A stretch of DNA of 59,598 nucleotides from Pseudothermotoga sp. (GTDB lineage Bacteria > Thermotogota > Thermotogae > Thermotogales > DSM-5069), in contig JBEPZZ010000007.1 of the NCBI GenBank assembly GCA_041640575.1, positions 1-59,598 on the forward strand, read 5' to 3'. The translations under genes were made by a program, and so were the position numbers. Below, one piece after another: positions 27,146 through 36,986 of this stretch; within the stretch, counting starts at the first letter, position 1; every line of letters starts with the position of its first letter. The notes beneath the pieces were generated by a model, which did not search any database, was not told the DNA's origin, and saw nothing but the letters and a program-made list of their open reading frames with translations.

Positions 27146-28210
27146 ATGAGAAAACTGCTTATCTTGTTGTTTATAATTTCAGCGATTATGATTTTCGCAT
27201 ACGAGTGGGAAGTTTTTCCAGGGTTTTTTAAACCCCTGAAAAACCTTGCGATGGGTGGGACTTACGCTACAACAAGCGAAGGTTTAGGGGCGTTGCTCTT
27301 AAACCCGGCTTTGTACAAAGGTGGTTTTGAATTGAATGCTCAGATTCTACTATCTAGCAATGTTACGGAACTTCCAAAGTTGATCCCACTGATAACAAAT
27401 CCAGCTTCTTTAACTGATCTATTACAAGATTCGACTTTCCTGAATGCTATGCAAGGAGTTCATTCTTATGGCCTTAACTTTGCTGCAGGTTATGGTGCAA
27501 ATCTTCTTGGATTAAAAATCGGTGCAATGGGAGCTTTGCAAGCTGATTTGTTCTGGAATCTTTCTCTTTTGACACCGGAAAATTTTGAGCTTGGTGCCTG
27601 GGCAGGTTATCTTGGACTTGTTGGAACTAGCTTTGAAGTTGTCAAGGGCTTGAATCTGGGAGCTTCCGTTGGTGGTGGTATGGCAGGCTTCTTAATACCA
27701 GCAACTGATACAACTTATCCAGCAAGAATCGATCTAACTTCTGAAGATCCACTTTCAGGGATTTTGCCAGAGGATCCAAGTAAGATTCTTCAGCAAATCA
27801 ACAAACCATTTTTCGTTGCAAGTGTGGGTGGAGCTTACGAATTTGAAGGTCTAAGACTTGGAGTCTCATATTTTGTCGTTGCACCAGACATTCTAAATAA
27901 TGCCCAATATAAAGGAGTTCTTTCTAGTGGAGTCTCGTACAGTTGGCAATTTTTCACCATTGCACTTGAGTTTGAAGATATACTGAATGAACGAAGAACT
28001 TGGCTCAGAAAACTCAATGTTGGTGTTTCAGCTGATTTTTCGTTTATCAAGCTATACGGTGGTCTACATGCGGGATGGTTAACAGGTGGGTTGAAACTTG
28101 AAATACCTTTTGTAAACATCGGATTTGTTGCGTATGTTTATGAGTATTCTGAATCGGCTGGGTTGATGGGAGAACCAAAGTACATTCTCACCTTTGATTC
28201 TAAATTTTAG
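27146..28210 (+). CDS. Putative outer-membrane (toga) beta-barrel protein
   Basis: Signal peptide, LAMGG...ALLLNPA plug motif (FadL/PorV/TraF-like), alternating Gly/aromatic strands, C-terminal Phe. Confidence 0.68.
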   Translation: MRKLLILLFIISAIMIFAYEWEVFPGFFKPLKNLAMGGTYATTSEGLGALLLNPALYKGGFELNAQILLSSNVTELPKLIPLITNPASLTDLLQDSTFLNAMQGVHSYGLNFAAGYGANLLGLKIGAMGALQADLFWNLSLLTPENFELGAWAGYLGLVGTSFEVVKGLNLGASVGGGMAGFLIPATDTTYPARIDLTSEDPLSGILPEDPSKILQQINKPFFVASVGGAYEFEGLRLGVSYFVVAPDILNNAQYKGVLSSGVSYSWQFFTIALEFEDILNERRTWLRKLNVGVSADFSFIKLYGGLHAGWLTGGLKLEIPFVNIGFVAYVYEYSESAGLMGEPKYILTFDSKF

Positions 28211-28218
28211 GTTTAAAT

Positions 28219-28242
28219 GGGGCGCTTATTGCGCCCCTTTTT
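28219..28242. terminator. Intrinsic terminator
   Basis: GGGGCGC-TTATT-GCGCCCC-TTTTT between convergent genes. Confidence 0.8.
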
Positions 28243-29602
28243 ATTTAAGCTTTTCCAATATCGTTTTGTATGCTTTATAAGTTTCGTAAAGATCAGCTTT
28301 AGAAACCAGTTCAAACGGTGAATGCATTCCAAGCAGTGCTGGTCCCATATCGATCACGCAAGATCCTTTTTCTGCCAAAAATTTTGCCACTGTCCCGCCG
28401 CCTCCGCGATCGACTTTACCCAGAGTTGCAACTTGCCAAACAATACCAGATTCGTTCAGTATCTTTCTAATTTTTCCAATAAATTCTGCATGTGCTTCAC
28501 TTGCACCAGATTTTCCACCGCTTCCTGTGTATCTGACGATCCCCACGCCATAACCTAACCTTGGTGTATTGGGTATATCCATAACTTCTTTGTACATTGG
28601 ATCTACGGCAGCACACACATCGGCTGAGATAACATATGTTCTACTAAGAAGTTCGTCTATACCGAGAGAAGTATCTTGACAGCCCTGCATTTTCAGGATT
28701 TTTTTCAAGAACATTATGTAAAAGTTTGCCTTTGCTCCAGCATTGCCCTCGCTACCTATTTCTTCTCTGTCAAAAAGGATCACTCCACATGATCTTTCAG
28801 GTTTTTCAACATTGATCAAAGCTTGGATTGCTGTATAACCACATATTCTATCATCATGACCATATGCTCCAAGTAAGCTTTCATCAAATCCAACACTTCT
28901 GGTTTTGAGAGCTGGAACGAGCTCAAATTCTCCGCTAATAAAATCTTCCTCTTCCAAGTTGTATCTGTCTTTCAAAAGTTTTAATATATATGTTTTAACC
29001 GCCTCTTTCTCAACTCCCGAAAGTGGTATTGTTCCAAAGATTACATTTAACTTCTCGGCATCGAACTTTTCACTTACCATTTGATCCTTCCTATCAAGGT
29101 GTGGAAGAAGATCTGCTATGACAAAAACAGGATCATCTTTGCACTGACCAATGTGAATTTCAACAACTTCTCCGGAATCTTTCACCATGTATCCATGCAA
29201 TTCCAGTGGGAGGCTTAGCCATTGATACTTTTTCACACCACCGTAATAGTGAGTTTTCCCAATGGCTATTTTTTCGTCTTCTACTATCGGGTTTGGTTTC
29301 AGATCAAGCCTTGGAGAGTCAATATGTGCTACTACGAGATTCAGTCCATCCTCAAGTTTTCCCACAATGTGCAGAGCTATCAAGGATTTTCCCCGGTTAA
29401 CCAAATAGACTTTGTTTGTTGTGCCATCGAACTTTTCGAGAGGGACATATCCTGCTTCTTCCAGCAAGATCACAGATTCGCGGATCGCTAACCTTTCAGT
29501 TCTTGCAAGATCCATAAATTTCGAATAACTCCTTGCAAAACCTTCAATCTCTTCTCGGTTTCGAATCAACCATAGGTTTCTTGCAGATAATCCAAGTTTC
29601 AC
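28241..29602 (-). CDS. M18 family aminopeptidase
   Basis: AHIDSP, GHDDR, DREEIGS, SADV, LGMHSPFE. Confidence 0.93.
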   Translation of the reverse strand: MKLGLSARNLWLIRNREEIEGFARSYSKFMDLARTERLAIRESVILLEEAGYVPLEKFDGTTNKVYLVNRGKSLIALHIVGKLEDGLNLVVAHIDSPRLDLKPNPIVEDEKIAIGKTHYYGGVKKYQWLSLPLELHGYMVKDSGEVVEIHIGQCKDDPVFVIADLLPHLDRKDQMVSEKFDAEKLNVIFGTIPLSGVEKEAVKTYILKLLKDRYNLEEEDFISGEFELVPALKTRSVGFDESLLGAYGHDDRICGYTAIQALINVEKPERSCGVILFDREEIGSEGNAGAKANFYIMFLKKILKMQGCQDTSLGIDELLSRTYVISADVCAAVDPMYKEVMDIPNTPRLGYGVGIVRYTGSGGKSGASEAHAEFIGKIRKILNESGIVWQVATLGKVDRGGGGTVAKFLAEKGSCVIDMGPALLGMHSPFELVSKADLYETYKAYKTILEKLK

Positions 29603-29678
29603 ACAACCGCCTCCTTTTGCGTGGTTGAATCTTCCTCAAACAAGATGTTAGCATAAAGAACTATTATATACACAATAA

Positions 29679-29706
29679 ACAAAGGCGACCGAGTGGTCGC
29701 CTTTGT
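29679..29706 (-). terminator. Intrinsic terminator after the second flagellin
   Basis: ACAAAGGCGACC-GAGT-GGTCGCCTTTGT. Confidence 0.8.
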
Positions 29707-29721
29707 GCTCAGTGCTGTGAA

Positions 29722-30528
29722 CTATCCTGTCAGAATTCTCAAAATTGATTGCCTTGATACATTGGATTGAACCATGATTCCAAGCGTTGATTGAGTCATT
29801 AATCTGTTTCTCGTGAATTCCAACACTGTCCTTGCCATATCCGTATCACTTATTATGCTTAGGCTAGACATAATATTCAACATGCTATTTCCAAGCTCTC
29901 TTGCCGCTGTTGCCAGTCTATTCGTAGTTGCACCCACATAAGATCTGATGTTTGCGACATTTTCAAGTGCCTTGTCAATTTTTTGCAAAGCTTGCTGGGC
30001 ATTTTGTGCTGTTGATATATTGACATTCTTTAAGCCAAGCGTTTCGATATCCGTTCTTGGAACTGTTATACTGACGTTCTGCCCTGGATTTGGTCCAGTT
30101 TGCACCTGAAAATTGGTTATGTCACCGGCAAGGACTTTGATGTTGTTGTAACTCAGCTGCTGAGAAGTTTTGTTTATTTGTTGAGAAAGTTGCTCGAATT
30201 CTTTTTGCAATGCGGCTCTTTCTGATTCGCTTAGAGTTGAACTCGAAGCCTGCACTGCAAGCTCTCTCATTCTCTGCAAATTCGAACTGACAGCGTTGAG
30301 TCCGCCTTCAGTTGTTACAAGCATTCCGATTGCGTTGTAGGTCTCACTCATCGCTTGTCTGAAACCAGAAATTTGTGATCTTAACCTCTCTCCGGTTGTT
30401 GCAAGAGCTATATTTGATGAGTATGGTACCGTTCCAGTCGCCAGTTGGGCTATCATGCTGGCTTGTGTGCTTTGAAGTTGCTGCAGCTGTTGAATCGGCC
30501 ACGAACCCATTAAAGGGTTTATTCTCAT
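29722..30528 (-). CDS. Second, short divergent flagellin-like protein (268 aa)
   Basis: MRIN start, LQRMRELAVQA, QVQTGPN, IDKAL..V..IRS.VGA..NRL, I.DTDMA; GGAGG RBS. Confidence 0.88.
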   Translation of the reverse strand: MRINPLMGSWPIQQLQQLQSTQASMIAQLATGTVPYSSNIALATTGERLRSQISGFRQAMSETYNAIGMLVTTEGGLNAVSSNLQRMRELAVQASSSTLSESERAALQKEFEQLSQQINKTSQQLSYNNIKVLAGDITNFQVQTGPNPGQNVSITVPRTDIETLGLKNVNISTAQNAQQALQKIDKALENVANIRSYVGATTNRLATAARELGNSMLNIMSSLSIISDTDMARTVLEFTRNRLMTQSTLGIMVQSNVSRQSILRILTG

Positions 30529-30658
30529 GGCAAACTCCTCCACATATATTTTAACACATATTAACCAAATATTTCTAACAAACCTTTGTTTGATCTTTCT
30601 AAAATCAAATGTCTAAAGTAACTGCAAGAACACGTATAATTTTTTTGAGGTGTATTTC

Positions 30659-31768
30659 TTGTTAAAACAACTCTTCAGGCAAAGGATTGAAATACTTAGA
30701 AATTACACTTTCGAAAAGGGTTACGACGGCTTGATACTGAGCAAATGTGAGAACTTTTCGTGGGTTACTTTTGGTGCTAGAAACTACGTATTCTTGAATA
30801 CAGATGTTGGAGAGGCACATGTTTTACTCATTGAAGATAGGATTTATGTTATGACCAACAACATTGAAAAACAGCGGTTAGAAAATGTCGAACTTGACGA
30901 CGATATTATCTCAGAAATAGAACTTGTCGAGTACATATGGTACAAGAAAATGGAAGATGTTTTCAAAGCATTCATAACAGGTAAAAAGATTCTTTCTGAC
31001 ACTGGAATGCTTGGCACGACAAATGTTTCCACGGAGATAGATCAGATGAGATTCATTCTAACAGATTATGAACTTGAAGCATATCGAAAACTTGGAAAAG
31101 ACTGTGATGAGATCTTGTCGGAGGTCATGTCAAACATTAGACCCAGCATGACAGAGCTACAAGTTTCTGCTTCGATAATGCGAGGTTTAGTGGAAAGAAA
31201 CATAGAACCTCTGCTGATACTTGTTTTTGGTGAAGAAAGTGCTGCACTCTACAGACATAACTTACCAAGAAATGTGAAAGTTGGTGAAAAAGTTCTTGTA
31301 AGTATATGTGCAAGGAGAAAAGGTCTGATCATTTCAGCAACAAGGTCCATTGCCTTTAAATTGAACCAAAAATGGATTGACCAACACAGAAAGAACTCTT
31401 ACATAGAAGCTCGCGCCATAGTAAACTCGAAATCTGGAAGAAAGCTCAACGAGGTTTTTAAGGTCATTAAAGAGGCCTATGCTGAAGTCGGATTCCCCTA
31501 CGGATGGTTCTTAAATCATCAAGGTGGCTTGACCGGTTACAAAGCGCGGGAACTGATTGCTAACGAAAGAACAGATTATGCACTTCAGCCTGGTAACCTA
31601 GTTGTTTGGAATCCAACGATAACTGGGACAAAATCAGAGGATACGGTCGCCGTAACTGGCGCGGGCTTTGAGATATTGTCTTATCCAACTGAAAGTCGTT
31701 GGCCTTGTATTGAATTTAAGATTGGTGATACTGTTGTAAGAAGACCAGACCTTTTGATTTTGAGTTGA
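30659..31768 (+). CDS. M24 (pita-bread fold) peptidase-family protein
   Basis: NFSWVT.G, LYRHNLP, HQGGLTGY, WNPTITGTKSEDT. Confidence 0.8.
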   Translation: MLKQLFRQRIEILRNYTFEKGYDGLILSKCENFSWVTFGARNYVFLNTDVGEAHVLLIEDRIYVMTNNIEKQRLENVELDDDIISEIELVEYIWYKKMEDVFKAFITGKKILSDTGMLGTTNVSTEIDQMRFILTDYELEAYRKLGKDCDEILSEVMSNIRPSMTELQVSASIMRGLVERNIEPLLILVFGEESAALYRHNLPRNVKVGEKVLVSICARRKGLIISATRSIAFKLNQKWIDQHRKNSYIEARAIVNSKSGRKLNEVFKVIKEAYAEVGFPYGWFLNHQGGLTGYKARELIANERTDYALQPGNLVVWNPTITGTKSEDTVAVTGAGFEILSYPTESRWPCIEFKIGDTVVRRPDLLILS

Positions 31769-31781
31769 AGGAGGGAGATCG

Positions 31782-32609
31782 ATGGAATTTATCTTTCAAC
31801 TTTTCTGGATGATCTTGATTTTAAGCTTCTTCATACCTTTTGTGAGAGCACAGATGGAAAGGTCTCACAGGTTTACATTGATTAGACAACTTGAAATTAA
31901 AAGAAAAAGTCGCGTCATAACCTTAATTCATAGACAAGAAGCGGTGAGTTTCTTTGGTTTAACCTTTGGAAGGTACATAAACATCGAAGATTCTGAAGAC
32001 ATTCTAAGAGCCATAAAGTTAACTCCATCAGATATGCCGATAGATTTGATAATTCACACACCAGGCGGATTAGTACTAGCAGCCGAACAAATTGCAAGAG
32101 CTCTTTCAAGACACAAGGGCAAAGTTACGGTTTTCGTACCACATTATGCCATGTCTGGAGGAACCTTGATAGCTTTGGCAGCTGATGAAATTGTCATGGA
32201 TCCAAACGCTGTTCTTGGGCCACTTGATCCACAGATTGGTGGATACCCAGCTGCGTCGATTTTGTCTGTTTTAAAGCAAAAGAATATCAATGAAATTGAA
32301 GACGAAACACTAATTCTCGCTGATGTTGCCACAAAAGCAATGAATCAGGTGAGGGATTTTGTTGAATGTCTTATACGGGATAAAGTGGGCGAGGAAAAGT
32401 CGAAACAAATCGCAGAAATGTTAGTAAGTGGCATCTGGACGCATGATTATCCAATAACGGTTGATAAGTTGAGAGAGATTGGTCTTAAAGTTTCAGAGGA
32501 GATGCCACAAGAAATTTACCAACTTATGGATCTTTACAAACAGGCTGAACAAAGAAGACCATCTGTGCAGTATATACCGACTCCCTATAGAAGAAGTGAT
32601 GAAGTCTGA
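31782..32609 (+). CDS. SDH-family Clp-fold serine protease with N-terminal membrane anchor
   Basis: LIHRQE, IHTPGG, PHYAMSGGTLIALAADEI, LGPLDPQ, WTHDYPI. Confidence 0.9.
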   Translation: MEFIFQLFWMILILSFFIPFVRAQMERSHRFTLIRQLEIKRKSRVITLIHRQEAVSFFGLTFGRYINIEDSEDILRAIKLTPSDMPIDLIIHTPGGLVLAAEQIARALSRHKGKVTVFVPHYAMSGGTLIALAADEIVMDPNAVLGPLDPQIGGYPAASILSVLKQKNINEIEDETLILADVATKAMNQVRDFVECLIRDKVGEEKSKQIAEMLVSGIWTHDYPITVDKLREIGLKVSEEMPQEIYQLMDLYKQAEQRRPSVQYIPTPYRRSDEV

Positions 32610-32661
32610 ATACCCGATGTTAGATGTTCTCAATCCAATAAATTGGAAAAAACTGTTTGCT

Positions 32662-34578
32662 TTACCATTTTCTTCGATCTTTCAGTTTATCCCATAGATT
32701 TCTTGCGGTCTCCGGGGAACTTTGATTCAAAACACTAAGAAGTTCTAAGACCATTTTGTTATCCATTTGATCTGTCAGATTTAGCAGAGCTTGCTCTGAA
32801 AGAGTACCGTCTTGTACCCACTGAATTATTTTTTCGGCGTCTATTATGAACCCAGATGGTGTCATTCTTGCAGTCTGTGTTCTTTGCACCTCCCACTTTG
32901 GAAAAACTCCTGCATACTTATACGAGGAGATAACTTCTGACCAAATTGGAGCAGCATGTACTCCTCCAGTTAGGTTCTTGCCATCAATTGACACTGCAAG
33001 TAATATCTTTGTGTCTCCTCCGATAAACCAAGCTGTTTTTTCTGATGTGCCTGTTTTTCCTGCGACGGGAACTTTTTGTCTTGCCCTAACTCCTGTTCCT
33101 CTCTGAACGACTTGTTTCATGATGTCCAATATCAATGCTGAAGCCGCCAAAGAATCAATTTTTCTCGATCGAATAGTACCCAAAACCTTTGGCGTTGCAA
33201 TATAGACCGTTCGCCTTAGTGGATCTTCAATTCTTTCAACGATGTAAGGCTTAATGACCACCCCACCATTGAAAATTGCGGAGTAGCATTTCAAAATCTC
33301 CTCTGGAGCGGTTTCAATGGTTCCTAGAGAAATTGTTAAATCGTTTGGATAATAGCCATTAAGCTTCAGCTCGTCTTTTAAAAATTTAACGACATTCTCC
33401 ATACCAAGTTGAAGGAACAAATTAACAGAAGGGATATTTCTCGAATCTATTAGAGCCTCTGAAAGCGTCACCGTACCTTTGTATTGCTGGTCGAAGTTTT
33501 CGGGAGTCCAATCCCCTATCTTTATTGGAAGATCGTACAGTTTGTTTTCTGGTTGCCAACCTTCCAAAAGCGCAAGATAATAGTAAAAAGGTTTCACAGC
33601 AGAACCAATTTGCTTTTGACCTTCAGGATACGTTAAACCTATTCCTTTATAAACGTAGATTGCCCCGGTAATAGGATTAACTGCCTCGATTGCGACCTTC
33701 TCAGGATAGTCCCAAACCGCAGACATCAAGTTTCTATCTAAGGTTGTGTAAACCTTATAGCCTAACCTAAGTTCGTTCAAACCAAATCCAATTTCTTTCA
33801 ACTCTCGAACCACACGCCAGAAAACTTCTTCATCGAAATTTGTGTCGGTTGGCTTTGAAAAAGTCATTTGACTAATTTCGGTTTTCAGACTATTTGCCGT
33901 TTGTGAATCTAGATACTTTTCCCTAACCATTGAATTCAAAACCGTTGTAGCAGTTTTCTTGCTCAGTTCAGGATTTTTGAATGGGTTATAGTAACCAGGT
34001 GACCTAACTGTTCCCACAAGTATTGCACACTCTGACAATGTTATTTGTGAGAGATCTTTGCCGAAGTAGTATTTTGAAGCACTTGCAAATCCATACAGAC
34101 CGTTGCCAAGATACACAGAGTTTAGATACATCTCAAGTATTTCGTCTTTAGTTCTTATTCTTTCCAACCATAGAGCGATGAAGATTTCCTTTATCTTTCT
34201 TCTCCATATTCTTTCTGGTGAAAGGTACAAAGTCCTTGCCAGCTGCTGCGTTATAGTACTACCACCTTCGGATATGGTCCCACGGTTTAAATTTCTCAGC
34301 ATTGCCCTTGCTATACCAAACAAATCGATACCAATATGTTTGTAAAAGTGTTTATCTTCGGACGATAGTAAAGCGTTTATCAAATATGGCGGAACTTCCT
34401 CAAGATTTTTCCAAAATGATCGTGATAGAACCATAGGTGTTCCATCTGAATAGTACATTATCAATCCTGTAGGCAAATGCGCTTCCGGTGAATCAAGATT
34501 TTTAATCGATTGATTGTACAAAATGATCAGCACGAAAATTGAAGAAGAAATTCCCAGAAATAAAGCTATTTTCCTCAT
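32662..34578 (-). CDS. Class A penicillin-binding protein (transglycosylase/transpeptidase)
   Basis: EDKHF..H.GID, GGSTITQQL, RK..E, YLN; SAVK, SRN, KTGT. Confidence 0.93.
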   Translation of the reverse strand: MRKIALFLGISSSIFVLIILYNQSIKNLDSPEAHLPTGLIMYYSDGTPMVLSRSFWKNLEEVPPYLINALLSSEDKHFYKHIGIDLFGIARAMLRNLNRGTISEGGSTITQQLARTLYLSPERIWRRKIKEIFIALWLERIRTKDEILEMYLNSVYLGNGLYGFASASKYYFGKDLSQITLSECAILVGTVRSPGYYNPFKNPELSKKTATTVLNSMVREKYLDSQTANSLKTEISQMTFSKPTDTNFDEEVFWRVVRELKEIGFGLNELRLGYKVYTTLDRNLMSAVWDYPEKVAIEAVNPITGAIYVYKGIGLTYPEGQKQIGSAVKPFYYYLALLEGWQPENKLYDLPIKIGDWTPENFDQQYKGTVTLSEALIDSRNIPSVNLFLQLGMENVVKFLKDELKLNGYYPNDLTISLGTIETAPEEILKCYSAIFNGGVVIKPYIVERIEDPLRRTVYIATPKVLGTIRSRKIDSLAASALILDIMKQVVQRGTGVRARQKVPVAGKTGTSEKTAWFIGGDTKILLAVSIDGKNLTGGVHAAPIWSEVISSYKYAGVFPKWEVQRTQTARMTPSGFIIDAEKIIQWVQDGTLSEQALLNLTDQMDNKMVLELLSVLNQSSPETARNLWDKLKDRRKW

Positions 34579-35012
34579 TTCATATACCCCTCAATTTTGA
34601 GAAGGAAATGTTTCCATTTAAGATCAGGGGTGAATCCACCCAGGGACCTTTTGGCCACAACGCGGTGACAAGGAAAGTATATAGGTAGTGGGTTTCTCAT
34701 AAGAGCTTGACCAATTGCACGTGGAGAAGTTCCGAGTTTTGCTGCCAGTTCAGCGTAGGTCAATACTTCGCCGTAAGGAATTTCACGAAGAGCCATCCAA
34801 ACTTTTCTTTGAAATTCTGTACCTTTCACTTTTACGGGAAAATCAAGCAATTTTTTGCTACCACTGAAGTAATCTAGGATCTGCATTCTCACGATGGTAT
34901 TTATTTTTCCATTGGTTCTGTCTTTTTCTTCAAATTTTATTGAAACAACTTTATCGTCTTCTTCAGTTATACATACATACCCTAGCTCTGTTTTCAAGCA
35001 TTCACAGACCAA
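34575..35012 (-). CDS. ogt: Methylated-DNA-protein-cysteine methyltransferase
   Basis: GTEFQRKVW, IPYG..LTY, RAIG, PCHRVV. Confidence 0.93.
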   Translation of the reverse strand: MVCECLKTELGYVCITEEDDKVVSIKFEEKDRTNGKINTIVRMQILDYFSGSKKLLDFPVKVKGTEFQRKVWMALREIPYGEVLTYAELAAKLGTSPRAIGQALMRNPLPIYFPCHRVVAKRSLGGFTPDLKWKHFLLKIEGYMK

Positions 35013-35018
35013 AACGAA

Positions 35019-35064
35019 TACCTCCCTTGCGATTACCTCTATCTAGTATATCGCAAGCGAGGTA
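35019..35064 (-). promoter_or_regulatory. 15-bp inverted repeat covering the ogt ribosome-binding site
   Basis: TACCTCCCTTGCGAT (35019-35033) and ATCGCAAGCGAGGTA (35050-35064), one mismatch; minus-strand TATACT at 35045-35050. Confidence 0.55.
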
Positions 35065-35083
35065 GAGGCAATGAAGAAACAGT

Positions 35084-35329
35084 TCACTCAGTTTTTTCCT
35101 GCATTATCAATTTCTTTATTTCATCCACCGTAGCAACTCGACCATAAAATTTGACTTTTTCATTGATAACAAGTGCTGGAGTCATCATGACGTTGTACTC
35201 CAATATTTTGTCAAGGTCTGTGACTTTCTGAACTTCAGCATCAATGTTCAACTCTTTCAAAGCTTCCAAAACATTTCTTTCAAGCATCTTGCATTTTGAG
35301 CACCCTTTCCCAAGGATTTTCACGTTCAT
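35084..35329 (-). CDS. Small redox-active disulfide protein (MTH895-like thioredoxin family)
   Basis: ILGKGCSKC, VMMTPALVIN. Confidence 0.9.
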   Translation of the reverse strand: MNVKILGKGCSKCKMLERNVLEALKELNIDAEVQKVTDLDKILEYNVMMTPALVINEKVKFYGRVATVDEIKKLIMQEKTE

Positions 35330-35365
35330 AATCTACACTCCTTTCATAATTTTTATCTTGGATAC

Positions 35366-36535
35366 TTAACTCAGCCAGCCGAATGTCATTCCAATTATTG
35401 TTGAAAAAACCACAACCAAAGTTATGTACACGAAAGTCTTCTTCGTTCCTAAAACACTTCTCACGACAAGCATACTAGGAAGACTAAGAGCCGGTCCAGC
35501 TAACAGTAAAGCCAAAGCTGGTCCTTGATGCATCCCACTGCCAAGAAGAGTCTGCACTATGGGCACCTCAGTGAGAGTTGCAAAATACATGAGTGCTCCA
35601 ACAACTGACGCAATAAAATTCGAAAAGAGTGAGTTGCTACCGACAAGTTTTGAGACAAATTTTGCTGGGATTATTCCAAGGTCTTTTCCAGGTCTGCCAA
35701 GCATAAAGCCTGCGATCCAAACACCCAAGAAAAGTAAAGGTAATATTTGCTTTGCAAAGTCCCAAGATGAAATAAACCAAGCCGTTCTCTCTTCTTTTTT
35801 AAACCATTTAAAACTCGCCCACGCAGCGAAAGAAACCAAACCAGCCACTAACCACCATTTTGCAGAATAGATAACTGCCAAAAGCCCTTCGGAATTACTC
35901 GGTTTAGCAAATGTAGCAAAGATCAGAATCAGTACCAACGACAAAAGGAACATAACAGTTTGAGATATTGATTGGCTCTCATCGTTCTGACTGGAATTTG
36001 CCAAAACTTTATCAGATCTTGTTTTTTCCTCTCCTTGAAAGATTCTTTCCATTATCAAGCCTATTACTATCGATAAAACAATTGCTCCTACTGATCTTGC
36101 AATACCAAGTTTCCAACCTAGAATTCTAGCTGTTAAAACAATTGCAAGTAAGTTTATTGCTGGACCAGAATACAGAAAAGTTATTGCTGGACCTAGTCCT
36201 GCGCCCTTTTTATATATACTGGTGAACAACGGCAATATAGTACACGAGCAAACGGCTAAAACTATCCCTGAAATAGAAGCTATGAAATAAGAAAGCCACT
36301 TCTTAGCTTTCCCAGCGAAATATTTTACAATGGCATTCTGTGTTACAAAAATCGATATTGCACCAGCGATGAAAAAAGCTGGGACGAGACAGAATATGAC
36401 ATGTTCTCTGACATATTCTTGAAGCAAATGAAAAGCCTCCATTGTTGCCATGGAAACTCTTTGGTTCGAAAAAGGTAGAAAATAAAATATCAAGAATATC
36501 AGCGCCAGGATCGCGAATTTTTTTAGTTCTTCCAC
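35366..36535 (-). CDS. ArsP/DUF318 family permease
   Basis: CLVPAFFIAG, LAVCSCTILPLF, FLYSGPAIN, MYFATLTEVP, GPALSLPS; GTG start after AGGAGG. Confidence 0.9.
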   Translation of the reverse strand: MEELKKFAILALIFLIFYFLPFSNQRVSMATMEAFHLLQEYVREHVIFCLVPAFFIAGAISIFVTQNAIVKYFAGKAKKWLSYFIASISGIVLAVCSCTILPLFTSIYKKGAGLGPAITFLYSGPAINLLAIVLTARILGWKLGIARSVGAIVLSIVIGLIMERIFQGEEKTRSDKVLANSSQNDESQSISQTVMFLLSLVLILIFATFAKPSNSEGLLAVIYSAKWWLVAGLVSFAAWASFKWFKKEERTAWFISSWDFAKQILPLLFLGVWIAGFMLGRPGKDLGIIPAKFVSKLVGSNSLFSNFIASVVGALMYFATLTEVPIVQTLLGSGMHQGPALALLLAGPALSLPSMLVVRSVLGTKKTFVYITLVVVFSTIIGMTFGWLS

Positions 36536-36548
36536 GTAGTTCCTCCTT

Positions 36549-36986
36549 TTATTCTGCGTTTGTGCTGAAAAAAGCTTTCCGAGTATCAAATTCTCCATTC
36601 TTAATTCTCTCAATCAACTCCTTCACCTTTTTTTCTATTTGATTTCTGATTCTCACATACTCTTCCAATGGTTTTCCGGCTGGATCATCCAATCCCCAAT
36701 CCTCGATATGCTGGCAAGGTATGTACGGGCAATTCACACCGCATCCCATTGTTATAACTATATCGAGTTGCTTTGGCAGTGAATCGATTGATTTACTGTA
36801 TTGATTTGATATATCTATTCCAATCTGTTGCATTACCAAGATCGCGTTGGGATCGATTTTCCCAGATATTTCAGTCCCTGCAGAGTATGCTTCTATCACA
36901 TCTGCACCATAAAATTTTGCAAACCCCTCAGCCATTTGTGAGCGACAAGAGTTTTTAACACATATAAAAGCGACCTTTTTTCTCAA
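36549..36986 (-). CDS. arsC: Thioredoxin-coupled arsenate reductase (LMW-PTP fold)
   Basis: FICVKNSCRSQMAE, SAGT, ITMGCGVNCP, WGLDDP; TTG start after GGAGGTG. Confidence 0.88.
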   Translation of the reverse strand: MRKKVAFICVKNSCRSQMAEGFAKFYGADVIEAYSAGTEISGKIDPNAILVMQQIGIDISNQYSKSIDSLPKQLDIVITMGCGVNCPYIPCQHIEDWGLDDPAGKPLEEYVRIRNQIEKKVKELIERIKNGEFDTRKAFFSTNAE

